A stretch of 64,000 nt of DNA, from positions 245-64,244 of the forward strand of contig JAZRPO010000006.1 in the NCBI GenBank assembly GCA_045649265.1. Reading direction: 5' to 3'. Source of the stretch: Eubacteriales bacterium (GTDB taxonomy: Bacteria > Bacillota > Clostridia > Oscillospirales > JAAYXM01). The notes under the pieces are model-generated. The model made no database searches. It was not told the origin of the DNA and was given only the letters and a program-made list of their open reading frames with translations. The translations under genes were made by a program, and so were the position numbers. Of this stretch, positions 27,835 through 37,434 are shown piece after piece (position 1 is the stretch's first letter; each line of letters opens with the position of its first letter).

Positions 27835-28737
27835 CTATTCAGAAAGCATACCCCGAAATTCTATTTTATCAAGTGGTTCTCGTTCTGCATCCGAAACATC
27901 CTCTAAAGTAATTCGCCCGAGTTCTCCGGAGCGAAACTCATCGAACAAAGTCTTTGCCATTCGCTCTGTATTAATTTCTCCGCCCGAAATCAAAAAGCCA
28001 CGCGCACGTCCGGCACGTTCTAAAATTTCATACCCCGGCTCATTTGGCGAAGAAGTAATTTTATATCTTGTATTAAGGTTATTTGCATATCGCTCAGAAA
28101 GGAGCTCCATAAAGAGAGATGCGAGTGACTCAATATCGAGGATTTCATCCTTTATAGCTCCTGTAAAAGCGAGATTTAACGCTGTTCGCTTATCATCAAA
28201 TTTAGGCCAAAGCATACCGGGAGTATCAAGAAGCTCAATACCTTCTCCGGTACGAATCCATTGTTTTTCACGGGTAACACCGGGCCTGTCCTCTGCTTTT
28301 GCTATATTTCTGCCGGAAACTCTGTTAATAAAAGAAGATTTACCGACATTCGGAACTCCGCAAATCATAACACGGACACTTCTACCAATCTGCCCTTTTT
28401 CCCGATACGAAGAAAGCTTCTCGGTGAGAAGATTTTTAATTGCAGAGGAAAAAGCGGATACTCCCGCCCCGTTTTTAGAATTTGTTTCAAGGACCGAGTA
28501 ACCAAGTTTTTTGTAATATGCCGCCCAATCCTTTGTTTTTTTTGCATCAGCCAAATCAACCCGATTTAAAACTATCAGTCTGGGCTTTGTTTTTGACAAT
28601 TCAAAAATATCATAATTCCTGCTTGAAATCGGAATGCGGGCATCAAGAATTTCACAAACGGCGTCAACCATTTTCAAGTTTTCAGAAATCATTCTGCGGG
28701 TTTTGGTCATATGCCCGGGATACCATTGTATATCCAT
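27835..28737 (-). CDS. rbgA: Ribosome biogenesis GTPase A (YlqF/RbgA)
   Basis: MDIQWYPGHM start, circularly permuted GTPase (DARIP...NRVDL...GVPNVGKSS). Confidence 0.9.
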   Translation of the reverse strand: MDIQWYPGHMTKTRRMISENLKMVDAVCEILDARIPISSRNYDIFELSKTKPRLIVLNRVDLADAKKTKDWAAYYKKLGYSVLETNSKNGAGVSAFSSAIKNLLTEKLSSYREKGQIGRSVRVMICGVPNVGKSSFINRVSGRNIAKAEDRPGVTREKQWIRTGEGIELLDTPGMLWPKFDDKRTALNLAFTGAIKDEILDIESLASLFMELLSERYANNLNTRYKITSSPNEPGYEILERAGRARGFLISGGEINTERMAKTLFDEFRSGELGRITLEDVSDAEREPLDKIEFRGMLSE

Positions 28738-28763
28738 TTTCGCGCCTCCAACAGGTTTATCCG

Positions 28764-29339
28764 CTAATTCACAGTGCCAAAATCTTTAATGGGAAAAACC
28801 CTTAAAACAACCTTGCCTAGAATGTTCGATTTGTGGACCATTCCAAGGCTTGAATCACGGCTGTCTGCGCTGTGGTTGCGATTATCACCCATAACAAAAA
28901 TGCAGTCTTCCGGCACGGTTGCCGGGAATGTCATATCTATCTGACGGTTGGTTTTATCGGCAATATACGGCTCATCTAACGCTTCACCGTCAATATAAAC
29001 AATTCCATTTTCAAAGTCGATATCAATTTTTTGCCCCTCAGTAGCTATAATGCGCTTGACAATCATCTTCCCATCAAGAAAGGATTTCTTTGCAAGCACA
29101 ACTATATCACCGTTATCAGGCTCATATAAAAAGTCAGAGGTAATAAGCCAATCCTTATCATGAAGTGTTGGGATCATTGAATCACCGTCAACACCAACGA
29201 TTCTGAAAAGAAATATAAAAATCAGAACAATCGTGCTTAAAATAAACGTTATATTCTGAACCCAATCAAATATTTCGTCTTTAACGGAAAAGTTTGAGGC
29301 TTTATTGGAACTTTCCTCAAATTGAACGTTTTCAGACAT
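28764..29339 (-). CDS. lepB: Signal peptidase I
   Basis: TM anchor, catalytic Ser (GDSMIPTL), Lys box (VKRIIA), GDNRNHSADSR. Confidence 0.9.
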   Translation of the reverse strand: MSENVQFEESSNKASNFSVKDEIFDWVQNITFILSTIVLIFIFLFRIVGVDGDSMIPTLHDKDWLITSDFLYEPDNGDIVVLAKKSFLDGKMIVKRIIATEGQKIDIDFENGIVYIDGEALDEPYIADKTNRQIDMTFPATVPEDCIFVMGDNRNHSADSRDSSLGMVHKSNILGKVVLRVFPIKDFGTVN

Positions 29340-29399
29340 AAAATCACGCTCCCTAACAAGTGAAAAGGGGGAAGACTGACAAGCCCTCCCCTTCTCCTT

Positions 29400-29741
29400 T
29401 TAGATATCTTCCTTGACCTTTGCCGCTTTTCCGACTCTGCCACGCAGATAGTAAAGCTTTGCACGTCTGACTTTACCTTTGCGGACGACCTCGAACTTCG
29501 CAACATGCGGTGAATGAATCGGGAAAACCCTTTCAACACCTACGCCGTAAGACAAGCGACGAACCGTAACCGTTTCCTGAATACCGCCATGCTTTCTGGC
29601 GATAATCGTGCCTTCAAAAACCTGAACACGCTCACGGTTACCTTCCTTAATAAGGACATGGACACGGACAGTGTCACCAATGCTTATTTCGGGTAAATCC
29701 TTTTTAATCTGACTGTCTGTCAAATTCTTAATAAGATCCAT
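29400..29741 (-). CDS. rplS: 50S ribosomal protein L19
   Basis: [32 protein letters not shown] is canonical L19. Confidence 0.95.
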   Translation of the reverse strand: MDLIKNLTDSQIKKDLPEISIGDTVRVHVLIKEGNRERVQVFEGTIIARKHGGIQETVTVRRLSYGVGVERVFPIHSPHVAKFEVVRKGKVRRAKLYYLRGRVGKAAKVKEDI

Positions 29742-29938
29742 TGATGCACGCCTCCCTTCTTCATAGCCGTTCTTATTTTAACACAAGAAAACAGAGGACC
29801 GACCGTTATATGACTAGGATATAATATCATATTCAAACTAAAAAATCAAGTATTATTTTTTGTTGCAAATAATATTTCTATTTGCACTTTTGAAAGATAT
29901 TTGTTATACTGAGTCAAGAGTAAAATCGGAGGTGTGCA

Positions 29939-30895
29939 ATGAAAGAATTTATTATAAATAAGAATGACGCTGATAAGCGCCTTGATAAATTTGTTTCAAA
30001 GGCAGCTCCGTCTCTTCCATCTAATCTTATACAAAAGTCAATCCGCTTAAAACGTATTAAAGTTAATTCTGCCCGTGCAACAGCAGATATGCGTCTCTCT
30101 GTGGGTGACGTTGTTTCCCTGTATCTGAATGATGAATTTTTTGAGGTTTCAAGGGTAAGCAGAGTAGAGAGCAAGCTCACCTCTTCTTTCCCCTCAATTC
30201 TGTATGAGGACGAAAATATTCTTCTGCTAAACAAGCCTGCGGGAATTTCCGTTCACGATGATGATTTTGGTGGAGAAACTCTTCTTTCGCAGATGCTCAG
30301 CTATCTTGCTTTCAAGGGTGAATGGTCTCCGCAAAAAGAAAACGCATTTATTCCGGCTCTTTGCAACAGAATTGACAAGAACACCTCAGGCATTGTTATT
30401 GCTGCTAAAAATGCCGAAGCGCTTCGCATAATGAATGATAAAATCAAGAACCGCGAAATTTCAAAGTTCTATCTTTGCGCAGTTTTCGGAACGCCAAATC
30501 CAAAGAGCGGAACGCTGAGAGGCTACATATTTAAAGATGCAAAAGAAAATCGCGTTTATGTCAAACCCTATCCTTCTCCGGGTGCAAAGACGGCAATAAC
30601 AAAGTATTCTACACTCAAAACAAACGGAGAAATTTCTCTTGTTGAATGCGAGCTTATAACCGGGAGAACCCACCAGATAAGAGCACAGATGGCAGCGGCA
30701 GGGCATCCGCTCGTAGGTGACGGAAAGTATGGCAGAAACACGAACAACAAGCGTTTTGGTATGAAACATCAGGCGCTCTGCTCCTATAAGCTCATATTTA
30801 ATTTCTCCTCTCCTTCCGGAATTCTTGAATATCTCGATAAAAAAACCTTTCTTATAAGTGAAATCCCATTTAAAGCAAAACTTTTCCCAAAATAA
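29939..30895 (+). CDS. RluA-family pseudouridine synthase (S4 domain plus catalytic domain)
   Basis: N-terminal S4-like RLDKFV..., catalytic NRIDKNTSGIVI (Asp motif), TGRTHQIRAQ. Confidence 0.85.
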   Translation: MKEFIINKNDADKRLDKFVSKAAPSLPSNLIQKSIRLKRIKVNSARATADMRLSVGDVVSLYLNDEFFEVSRVSRVESKLTSSFPSILYEDENILLLNKPAGISVHDDDFGGETLLSQMLSYLAFKGEWSPQKENAFIPALCNRIDKNTSGIVIAAKNAEALRIMNDKIKNREISKFYLCAVFGTPNPKSGTLRGYIFKDAKENRVYVKPYPSPGAKTAITKYSTLKTNGEISLVECELITGRTHQIRAQMAAAGHPLVGDGKYGRNTNNKRFGMKHQALCSYKLIFNFSSPSGILEYLDKKTFLISEIPFKAKLFPK

Positions 30896-30910
30896 TAAAA
30901 ACACACTTAA

Positions 30911-30949
30911 ACAGCAAAAGAGCAGCGATACTCGCTGCTCTTTTGCTGT
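30911..30949. terminator. Bidirectional terminator hairpin (18-bp stem)
   Basis: ACAGCAAAAGAGCAGCGA (30911-30928), loop TAC, TCGCTGCTCTTTTGCTGT (30932-30949), between convergent genes. Confidence 0.7.
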
Positions 30950-30954
30950 TACTT

Positions 30955-32253
30955 TTAATTGTTTTCCTGTAAGGTTTTTATGTTTTCTAATGTTTCATTT
31001 AGCAAAACAAAGTCTGCATCTTCTGTATATGGCTGAACTCTATCATACTTAAACATTGCAATTTCATATCCAGCCCGGCACAGCTGGTCTTTTGTCGGCA
31101 AATATCCCAAAGAGCCATTTGAAAGAGAAAGTGAAATAACATCAAATTCCTTAACTGCATTATCTATGCGCAAACCAATTTCTGAAAACAGTTCAAAAGG
31201 AAACGTTACAAAAACTACATTCCCTATTCTCAAAACCGTTTGCGGCAATTCAACATATTCTTGTTCCGTATAACCATTTTCATATGAGAGTTTAACGTTT
31301 TCATAGTATTCATTAATGTGCTTACCAAGGTTTGACTCGGATTTTTTTAATGTATCAACCATTTCTGAGGCTTCTTCATATGAAATTCTCGGTGTAAGCG
31401 GCATTTTAATTATTCTGCTTGCAATATCAAGGCTTACATCTTCGTATGAAGAAATTGAATTGTATATTTTAAGCGCATCCGCCACTGCAATCTTAGAAAT
31501 TTCCTCCATAAGCGCTATGCTTTTCGCAGTGCTGCCGTCTGAAAGGCGCGGGCCAACATCTCCTTCAGGCCCATTAAAAAAGGCTGTTATACCACCGCTT
31601 ACCGCTTCTATTTTATCTATCATTTCACCCGGCCAGTCGCGGCTGATTTCATGAGATCTGCCTGAAGCTGTACAATGGCAGCCATAGGAAATAATATTAG
31701 CAACAACTCCGTTTTCACCTTTAAAAGAGATTATAGTCATTTTTGGATTGAAAATTCCCCAAGGACACTGCCCAAGACGAATTTGATTATTCGAGCGAAG
31801 CTCACGTCTGTTAACACCAACATAACTATCTCCGCTTGCAACCGCAACCTTAACAGGTTCAAGATTTTCAAACGCCTCAGCACTAGCTCGGATTATTGCA
31901 GGCTTAAAAATAGATGTATAATACTCCTCATCAATTCCGCCCCAACCCGCCATATCTTGCATCGCGGGGCCTGTATGTGTATGAGTGGCAGAAATAATTA
32001 TGTTTTCAGCGGGAATATCCAGCATTTTACCAAGTTCAGCTCTGAGCTCATCAGATACTTTTGTGTCAATACTGCATACGAAAGCACTTATCATTAATGC
32101 TTTTGCGTCACCATATTTAAACGCAAAAGCTGTTAAAGTCAAATTATCGTGTACACTCTCTGATCTGAAATTAACAGTGTAACCAAAAAGTCTACAGCCA
32201 ATCTCAGGAGTTATATCAACCTTCGAGGCTCCAAAATGTAATTTTCCAGACAT
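30955..32253 (-). CDS. Neutral/alkaline ceramidase N-terminal-domain-like hydrolase
   Basis: GASKVDITPEIG..LFGY...HDNL...ISATHTHTGP matches the order of motifs I associate with the non-lysosomal ceramidase N-domain. The substrate is unknown. Confidence 0.55.
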   Translation of the reverse strand: MSGKLHFGASKVDITPEIGCRLFGYTVNFRSESVHDNLTLTAFAFKYGDAKALMISAFVCSIDTKVSDELRAELGKMLDIPAENIIISATHTHTGPAMQDMAGWGGIDEEYYTSIFKPAIIRASAEAFENLEPVKVAVASGDSYVGVNRRELRSNNQIRLGQCPWGIFNPKMTIISFKGENGVVANIISYGCHCTASGRSHEISRDWPGEMIDKIEAVSGGITAFFNGPEGDVGPRLSDGSTAKSIALMEEISKIAVADALKIYNSISSYEDVSLDIASRIIKMPLTPRISYEEASEMVDTLKKSESNLGKHINEYYENVKLSYENGYTEQEYVELPQTVLRIGNVVFVTFPFELFSEIGLRIDNAVKEFDVISLSLSNGSLGYLPTKDQLCRAGYEIAMFKYDRVQPYTEDADFVLLNETLENIKTLQENN

Positions 32254-32325
32254 AGTAAAATCCTCCTTTTAAACTATGTATATTATACAACCGGAATTTT
32301 TAAAAAGCAAGGAAAATGTTTCTTT

Positions 32326-32361
32326 AATAAAAAAACCGAAGCAAAGTAAACTTTGCTTCGG
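32326..32361 (-). terminator. Intrinsic terminator after tRNA-Pro
   Basis: CCGAAGCAAAG (32336-32346), loop TAAA, CTTTGCTTCGG (32351-32361), with a T-run on the minus strand. Confidence 0.7.
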
Positions 32362-32363
32362 TT

Positions 32364-32440
32364 TGGTCCGAGTGACAGGAGTCGAACCTGCGGCCTCTTG
32401 AACCCCATTCAAGCGCGCTACCAAGCTGCGCCACACCCGG
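32364..32440 (-). tRNA. tRNA-Pro (anticodon GGG)
   Basis: The reverse complement folds by hand. Acceptor CCGGGTG pairs with CACTCGG (one G:U). D-stem GCGC/GCGC. Anticodon stem CTTGA/TCAAG with loop ATGGGGT gives GGG. TTCGACT T-loop, discriminator A, encoded CCA. Confidence 0.8.
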
Positions 32441-32454
32441 ATATCAACTATGAA

Positions 32455-32483
32455 AGTATACCACACCTTGCATAAACTTTCAA
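32455..32483 (-). promoter_or_regulatory. Sigma-70-type promoter for tRNA-Pro
   Basis: On the minus strand: TTGAAA (32483-32478), a 17-nt spacer, TGgTATACT (-10 at 32460-32455). Confidence 0.55.
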
Positions 32484-32607
32484 GTATTAATTCAAAAATT
32501 TAAAAACTTTCTTTTTAATTCATGTATGTGCGTTATATTTTCTGCAAACTTGAACAGAATATAGCTATATACGGAAGTCCCTTATTCTTCTGTAAAGAAG
32601 GTTTTTT

Positions 32608-33288
32608 ATGACAATTTCACTTGTGCGAACCATAATACTTTATATCCTCATTATTGTTTGTCTGCGAGCCATGGGAAAACGTCAGGTCGGAGAGCTTTCT
32701 CCATCTGAGCTTGTCGTAACCCTTTTAGTTTCAGAGCTCGTCACAATTCCTATGCAAAATACGGCTTCACCGCTTGCACATGGAGTTGTTCCAGTTCTTA
32801 CGCTTCTCGCCCTTGAACTTTTGATTTCAACAATATTCATACACAACCGTTTTATACGAAAACTCACACTCGGAAGAATAAGCATTCTGATTGAAAACGG
32901 AAAAATGAATCAAAAGGAAATGAGAAAGCTTCGCATCTCACTCGATGAACTTCTTGAAGAAATCAGATTAAAGGGTTTTATAAACATTTCAGAAATTAAA
33001 TACGCAATCCTTGAAGCCAGCGGAGAGCTCAGTGTATTCCCCTTTTCAAAAAGCGCCGCCGCTACTCAAGAGGACCTTGGTATTACTCAAGAAAAAACCT
33101 TTTTTCCGCATACTATAATTTCTGACGGTATTTATATTAAACGTGAAGCTGAGACAATCAAGAAAAATGAAAAGTGGATACAAAAGCAGCTTTCAAAACA
33201 AGGAATCAATTCATACGATGAGGTTTTCCTTATGCAGATTGATGAACAAGGTAAAACAATTATAATACCGAAGGAGAGCAAAAGATGA
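32608..33288 (+). CDS. DUF421 (YetF-like) membrane protein
   Basis: The N-terminal TM region with the GKRQVGELSPSELVVTLLVSE motif is typical of DUF421. Confidence 0.75.
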   Translation: MTISLVRTIILYILIIVCLRAMGKRQVGELSPSELVVTLLVSELVTIPMQNTASPLAHGVVPVLTLLALELLISTIFIHNRFIRKLTLGRISILIENGKMNQKEMRKLRISLDELLEEIRLKGFINISEIKYAILEASGELSVFPFSKSAAATQEDLGITQEKTFFPHTIISDGIYIKREAETIKKNEKWIQKQLSKQGINSYDEVFLMQIDEQGKTIIIPKESKR

Positions 33289-33665
33289 AAGAGACATTGA
33301 TTTCCTGTTCTATTTTTTTCTTCTTCGCTATTACATGCCTGATAAGTATTAAATACACAGACAAATTTTGCGCCGACATTTCAGCACTCACAAAAGAGTG
33401 TGAAACAAAAATAAAGTTGAGCGATTGGGACGGAGCTTCTGAAGCTATAAAAAAAGCACGAGAAGTTTTTGTAAAAAAAACTCCTGTGCTTGAAAGCTAT
33501 TTATTGCACAATGACGTAGAGTGCCTCTCAGATATTCTCACAGACATTGAGGTATCGGTTGAATTGCGCGAAAAAGGCGGTGCAATTTCAGCAATACGAA
33601 TCTTTGCAAGACGCCTGTCAGAGCTTGCCGAGTCTGATAAATTGACAATTAATAATATCTTATAG
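33285..33665 (+). CDS. DUF4363-like small membrane-anchored protein
   Basis: 126 aa. An N-terminal TM is present, the start overlaps the DUF421 stop (ATGA), and this pairing is common in Clostridia. The assignment rests mostly on context. Confidence 0.5.
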   Translation: MKETLISCSIFFFFAITCLISIKYTDKFCADISALTKECETKIKLSDWDGASEAIKKAREVFVKKTPVLESYLLHNDVECLSDILTDIEVSVELREKGGAISAIRIFARRLSELAESDKLTINNIL

Positions 33666-33668
33666 CCT

Positions 33669-34121
33669 TTACTTTGATTTCATGCTATTAAGCTCTTTCA
33701 GGAATGACTCAACGTCTTCAAAAGAGCGATAAACAGAAACAAATCTGACATAAGCAACCTGGTCAATCTCTTTGAGGCGCTTCATTGTCATTTCACCGAT
33801 CTTGCTGCTTGAAACCTCTTTTTCCATAGTGTTTTGCAAGGCCTGCTCAATCTCGTCCGCAATCTCTTCAAGAGTATGAATCGCGACAGGACGCTTGACA
33901 CATGCGCGAAGCAAACCGGAAAGGAGCTTGTTTTTGTCAAATAACTGGCGGGACCCGTCATTTTTTATAACATATAACGGCATACTTTCAACTGTTTCGT
34001 ATGTCGTAAAACGCTTCTGGCAAGAAAGACACTCGCGACGGCGGCGAATTGACCCCCCGCCTTCAGCCGGGCGAGAGTCGAGAACCTTACTTTCCAAATA
34101 TCCGCAAAAAGGACATTTCAT
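33669..34121 (-). CDS. nrdR: Transcriptional repressor NrdR
   Basis: MKCPFCG...CLSCQKRFTTYE zinc ribbon plus ATP-cone. Confidence 0.95.
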   Translation of the reverse strand: MKCPFCGYLESKVLDSRPAEGGGSIRRRRECLSCQKRFTTYETVESMPLYVIKNDGSRQLFDKNKLLSGLLRACVKRPVAIHTLEEIADEIEQALQNTMEKEVSSSKIGEMTMKRLKEIDQVAYVRFVSVYRSFEDVESFLKELNSMKSK

Positions 34122-34206
34122 AAATTACACCTCCGGAAAGGATATATTTTCCTGACTTGATAATAACACAAACGGCTTGCAAATTTCAAGTCAGTTTCCA
34201 AAATCG

Positions 34207-35022
34207 TTACATAATTGTAATGTTAGATTTAATTTGCGAAAAAACAGATTCAAGAAAAAATTTCGAATTCATGAGTTGTTTATCGTCTTTGATACTCTTT
34301 GAATATACCTCAATTAAGACATCCCCGGCATAATTGATTTCTTTAATTTGGTTGCAAAAAAGATTAAAATCAAACAAACCTTCTCCGGGTAGAATACAAT
34401 TACTTTCTTCGTTGTAATCGCTCACGTGAATATTGCAAAGCCTGTCACCCATTGCGGAAATGTAGCTTTCGTAAGGAATGCCTGCACGGCGCGCTTGCTT
34501 TAAATCCAATGTAAAAAATATATCAGGAACACTTTCATAAACGTTTTTAAGATAGTTTATGTTTGCAGACTTGCACCATGACACATTTTCAAGAGCAAGC
34601 CAAATTCCCTCTTCCCTTGCAGCTCTTGCAAGACAGGAAAGAACGGATATATCGTTATCGGAAAGAGAGCATGTTTTGTCATCAATACCATTTAACGCAC
34701 GGTCACCATGAAGCGTAAAGAATCTTGCGCCGAGCTTTTTTGCCATTCTGAATGAATTTCTGTATTTTTCAATAGCTTCTTCCGTTCTTCGTTGATAACC
34801 CGAAAAAAACAATATAGCCTCCGCGAATGCTGTATAAGGATGAACTGAGGCAAAATTGCATTTTTTGCTTATATTTCCAATCTCATTGATGAAGTCTTTT
34901 GAAATTTCTTCGTCACAATTATAAAAAAACTCAAAAGTGTCAAATCCGAGAGAAACGAGTTTCTTTATAGCTTTTTCGGATTGCATCGGATATAAAACTG
35001 CGCTTGAAATCCCAATTTTCAT
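34207..35022 (-). CDS. Sugar phosphate isomerase/epimerase (xylose isomerase-like TIM barrel)
   Basis: 271 aa with the general AP-endonuclease-2/xylose-isomerase-like TIM-barrel pattern (FTLHG, LALEN, HVSD). Confidence 0.6.
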   Translation of the reverse strand: MKIGISSAVLYPMQSEKAIKKLVSLGFDTFEFFYNCDEEISKDFINEIGNISKKCNFASVHPYTAFAEAILFFSGYQRRTEEAIEKYRNSFRMAKKLGARFFTLHGDRALNGIDDKTCSLSDNDISVLSCLARAAREEGIWLALENVSWCKSANINYLKNVYESVPDIFFTLDLKQARRAGIPYESYISAMGDRLCNIHVSDYNEESNCILPGEGLFDFNLFCNQIKEINYAGDVLIEVYSKSIKDDKQLMNSKFFLESVFSQIKSNITIM

Positions 35023-35086
35023 TTTGCACCTCTCAATATTTTAAGACAAAGGCTTGCAGTTTTATGTGCAAGCCTTTGTCTTAACT

Positions 35087-36028
35087 TTACTTTGAAGTTT
35101 TAATAAGTTTTACCCAGACAGGCCCTGAAATGAAGATTGAAGAGTAAAGACCTGCAATAATTCCAACGATGAGCGGAATTACGAACTGGCGGATAGACGG
35201 AACTCCGAAAATTGCGATAATAACAATTGCAAGGAGTGTGGTTATCGTAGTGTTAATGCTGCGTGTTACCGTCTGCCAAATGCTTTTCGTGACGATGTCA
35301 CTAAAGCTCGTCTTCTTCATAACCTTGCGATTTTCACGGACACGGTCAAATATAATGATCGTCGCATTGATTGAGTAACCGAGGATTGTGAGGATAACCG
35401 CGATAAATGACATATTGACAGGGATTCTGAAAATTACATATGCACTGAGAATAACGAAAACGTCGTGCACAAGAGCGCAAACTGCCGCAAGCCCCGATCT
35501 CCAATCGAAACGTACTGCGATGTATGCAAGCATACAGAGAATCGCAAGGAGTGCGGAAATGATAGCTGAGTTGCGAAGGTCAGCACCCATTACGGGGTCA
35601 ACATTATCAACAGCAAGAAGGTCGGTGGGAATAATTTCACCTGCTTCATCTTTTTCAGTGCCGTCATTAAGATTGTAAGCTTCTTTGAGCGCTGCGAAAA
35701 CCGCCTCGCGCTTCTGGGCATCAAGCGTTGTTGTTTTTATAACAACCTCTGTCCCGTCTCCCGACTTCTGAACGGAAGATACTGAGGTGCCCGTTGCTTG
35801 CTCACAGATTTTTGCGATATTGTCAAGCTCTGTCTTATCAAGCTGTTTATGCATGCTGTAAGTCATGGTTGTTCCGCCGGCAAAGTCAATATCGAAATTA
35901 AAGAGATTAACGTTGAACGGAAGAAGAATAAGTGAGATTATTCCTACAAGAGAAAATACAAGACCAATTATGCCAAGGATGTTGAATTTTTCAACAACAT
36001 TAAATTTGTTTTCGAGTTTACTAAACAT
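35087..36028 (-). CDS. secF: Protein translocase subunit SecF
   Basis: FNFDIDFAGGT motif, 6-TM topology, position after secD. Confidence 0.9.
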   Translation of the reverse strand: MFSKLENKFNVVEKFNILGIIGLVFSLVGIISLILLPFNVNLFNFDIDFAGGTTMTYSMHKQLDKTELDNIAKICEQATGTSVSSVQKSGDGTEVVIKTTTLDAQKREAVFAALKEAYNLNDGTEKDEAGEIIPTDLLAVDNVDPVMGADLRNSAIISALLAILCMLAYIAVRFDWRSGLAAVCALVHDVFVILSAYVIFRIPVNMSFIAVILTILGYSINATIIIFDRVRENRKVMKKTSFSDIVTKSIWQTVTRSINTTITTLLAIVIIAIFGVPSIRQFVIPLIVGIIAGLYSSIFISGPVWVKLIKTSK

Positions 36029-36040
36029 TTTCGTTCCTCC

Positions 36041-37339
36041 TTATGCACCATAAGCCTTATTAGACTTAATTTTCATATCAACAAGACGGTAGAGCAAGAA
36101 GCGGGAAACAACAAGAACCGTAAACATCGAAACGATAACTCCGAGCCCAAGTGTAACTGCAAAACCTCTTATCGTACCCATACCAAAACTGAAAAGAACT
36201 ATCGCTGCAATAAGAGTTGTTATGTTAGAGTCAAGAATCGCTGTGAATGCGCGCTTAAAGCCTGCATCAATCGAAGCCTTCAGGGTTTTTCCGAGTCGAA
36301 GCTCCTCTTTGATTCGCTCGTAGATAACAACGTTTGCGTCAACCGCCATGCCTATTGAAAGTATGATACCTGCAATTCCGGGCAATGAAAGATTAACTCC
36401 GAGAAGAGCCATGATAACCAGCATAAGAGATGCGTAAAACGCGAGAGAAATGCTCGCAACTACACCTGACATACGATAAATAATTATCATAAACAGCATA
36501 ACGAGGATAAGCCCGATGAGGCCTGCAAAAAGACTTGTTTCGAGAGCCTTTTCGCCAAGAGTCGGGCCAACTGAACGAAGCTCAATTTCTTTAAGCGTTA
36601 CAGGAAGAGCACCTGACTTAATAAGGTTTGCAAGGGTTTTGGCTTCCTCACCACCGGTAGCAGATGCACTGTTAGCATTACCAAGAGTAATAATTGCTTC
36701 CTCAGAGTTAATACCAGTGCTTGCGTATGAGGCATCAACAAACGGAACGCTGAGAATTTCACCGTCAAGATAAATTGCAATATAGTTTTTATTCTCAGCT
36801 GCTGCTGCGGCGGCTTTCTTCGTTGCCTCCGTAAACAAATTGCGGGCGGTATCGCTGAATCTGAGAACAATATGGTGCTGGCTGAAACCGGTTTCTGAAA
36901 CCTGACCATACTGAGCAGAAGCATCCTTTATATCAGCGCCTGTTAAGATGACATTATCGTCTGCATCACGGAATTCAAGAACTGCGGGCTTTCCAAGAAG
37001 CTCTATTGCCTGTTCAGGATCGGTTATAGACGGGATTTCAACAGTAATTCTGTCATCGCCAACCTTCTGAACAGTTGCCTCAGTATAACCTTCTTTGTCA
37101 AGTCGTTCAATAAAGATAGACTTTGTGACTTCCATATCGTCTGCTGACGGTATGCCGCCGTCTTCCGCGTAAGCTTCAAATGTAATCGCAGCTCCGCCGG
37201 CAAGGTCAAGCCCTAAACGGATTCCTTCTGTCGCACTTGGGATTTCAACTACTCCAAGGTTAAGACCACGTATTGAAGTAAAAACTATCAATGTAATTAC
37301 GACAATAACTGCGACAAACCAAAGTATGCCTTTTTTCAT
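36041..37339 (-). CDS. secD: Protein translocase subunit SecD
   Basis: LGLDLAGG motif and a C-terminal TM bundle. I prefer the ATG at 37339 (MKKGILWF) after AGGAGG. Confidence 0.9.
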   Translation of the reverse strand: MKKGILWFVAVIVVITLIVFTSIRGLNLGVVEIPSATEGIRLGLDLAGGAAITFEAYAEDGGIPSADDMEVTKSIFIERLDKEGYTEATVQKVGDDRITVEIPSITDPEQAIELLGKPAVLEFRDADDNVILTGADIKDASAQYGQVSETGFSQHHIVLRFSDTARNLFTEATKKAAAAAAENKNYIAIYLDGEILSVPFVDASYASTGINSEEAIITLGNANSASATGGEEAKTLANLIKSGALPVTLKEIELRSVGPTLGEKALETSLFAGLIGLILVMLFMIIIYRMSGVVASISLAFYASLMLVIMALLGVNLSLPGIAGIILSIGMAVDANVVIYERIKEELRLGKTLKASIDAGFKRAFTAILDSNITTLIAAIVLFSFGMGTIRGFAVTLGLGVIVSMFTVLVVSRFLLYRLVDMKIKSNKAYGA

Positions 37340-37434
37340 TTGTATGAACCTCCTTAAATTTTGCACAAAACCTGAACCGTTTGCACAACCACTAAAATAT
37401 TATATATTTTACATAAATTTTAGTCAATAAATTT

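Noticed and set aside
27527-28501. 324-aa plus-strand ORF, Ser/Pro/Arg-rich.
   Set aside because: It is antisense to the well-supported rnhB and rbgA genes. It has low-complexity composition, no RBS and no recognisable motifs, so it is a typical shadow ORF.
29742-29938. Possible L19-leader RNA upstream of rplS.
   Set aside because: A plausible promoter exists on the minus strand (TTGATT-17-TATTAT) with a leader of about 80 nt. I cannot recall the L19-leader consensus well enough to verify it by eye, so this needs an Rfam scan.
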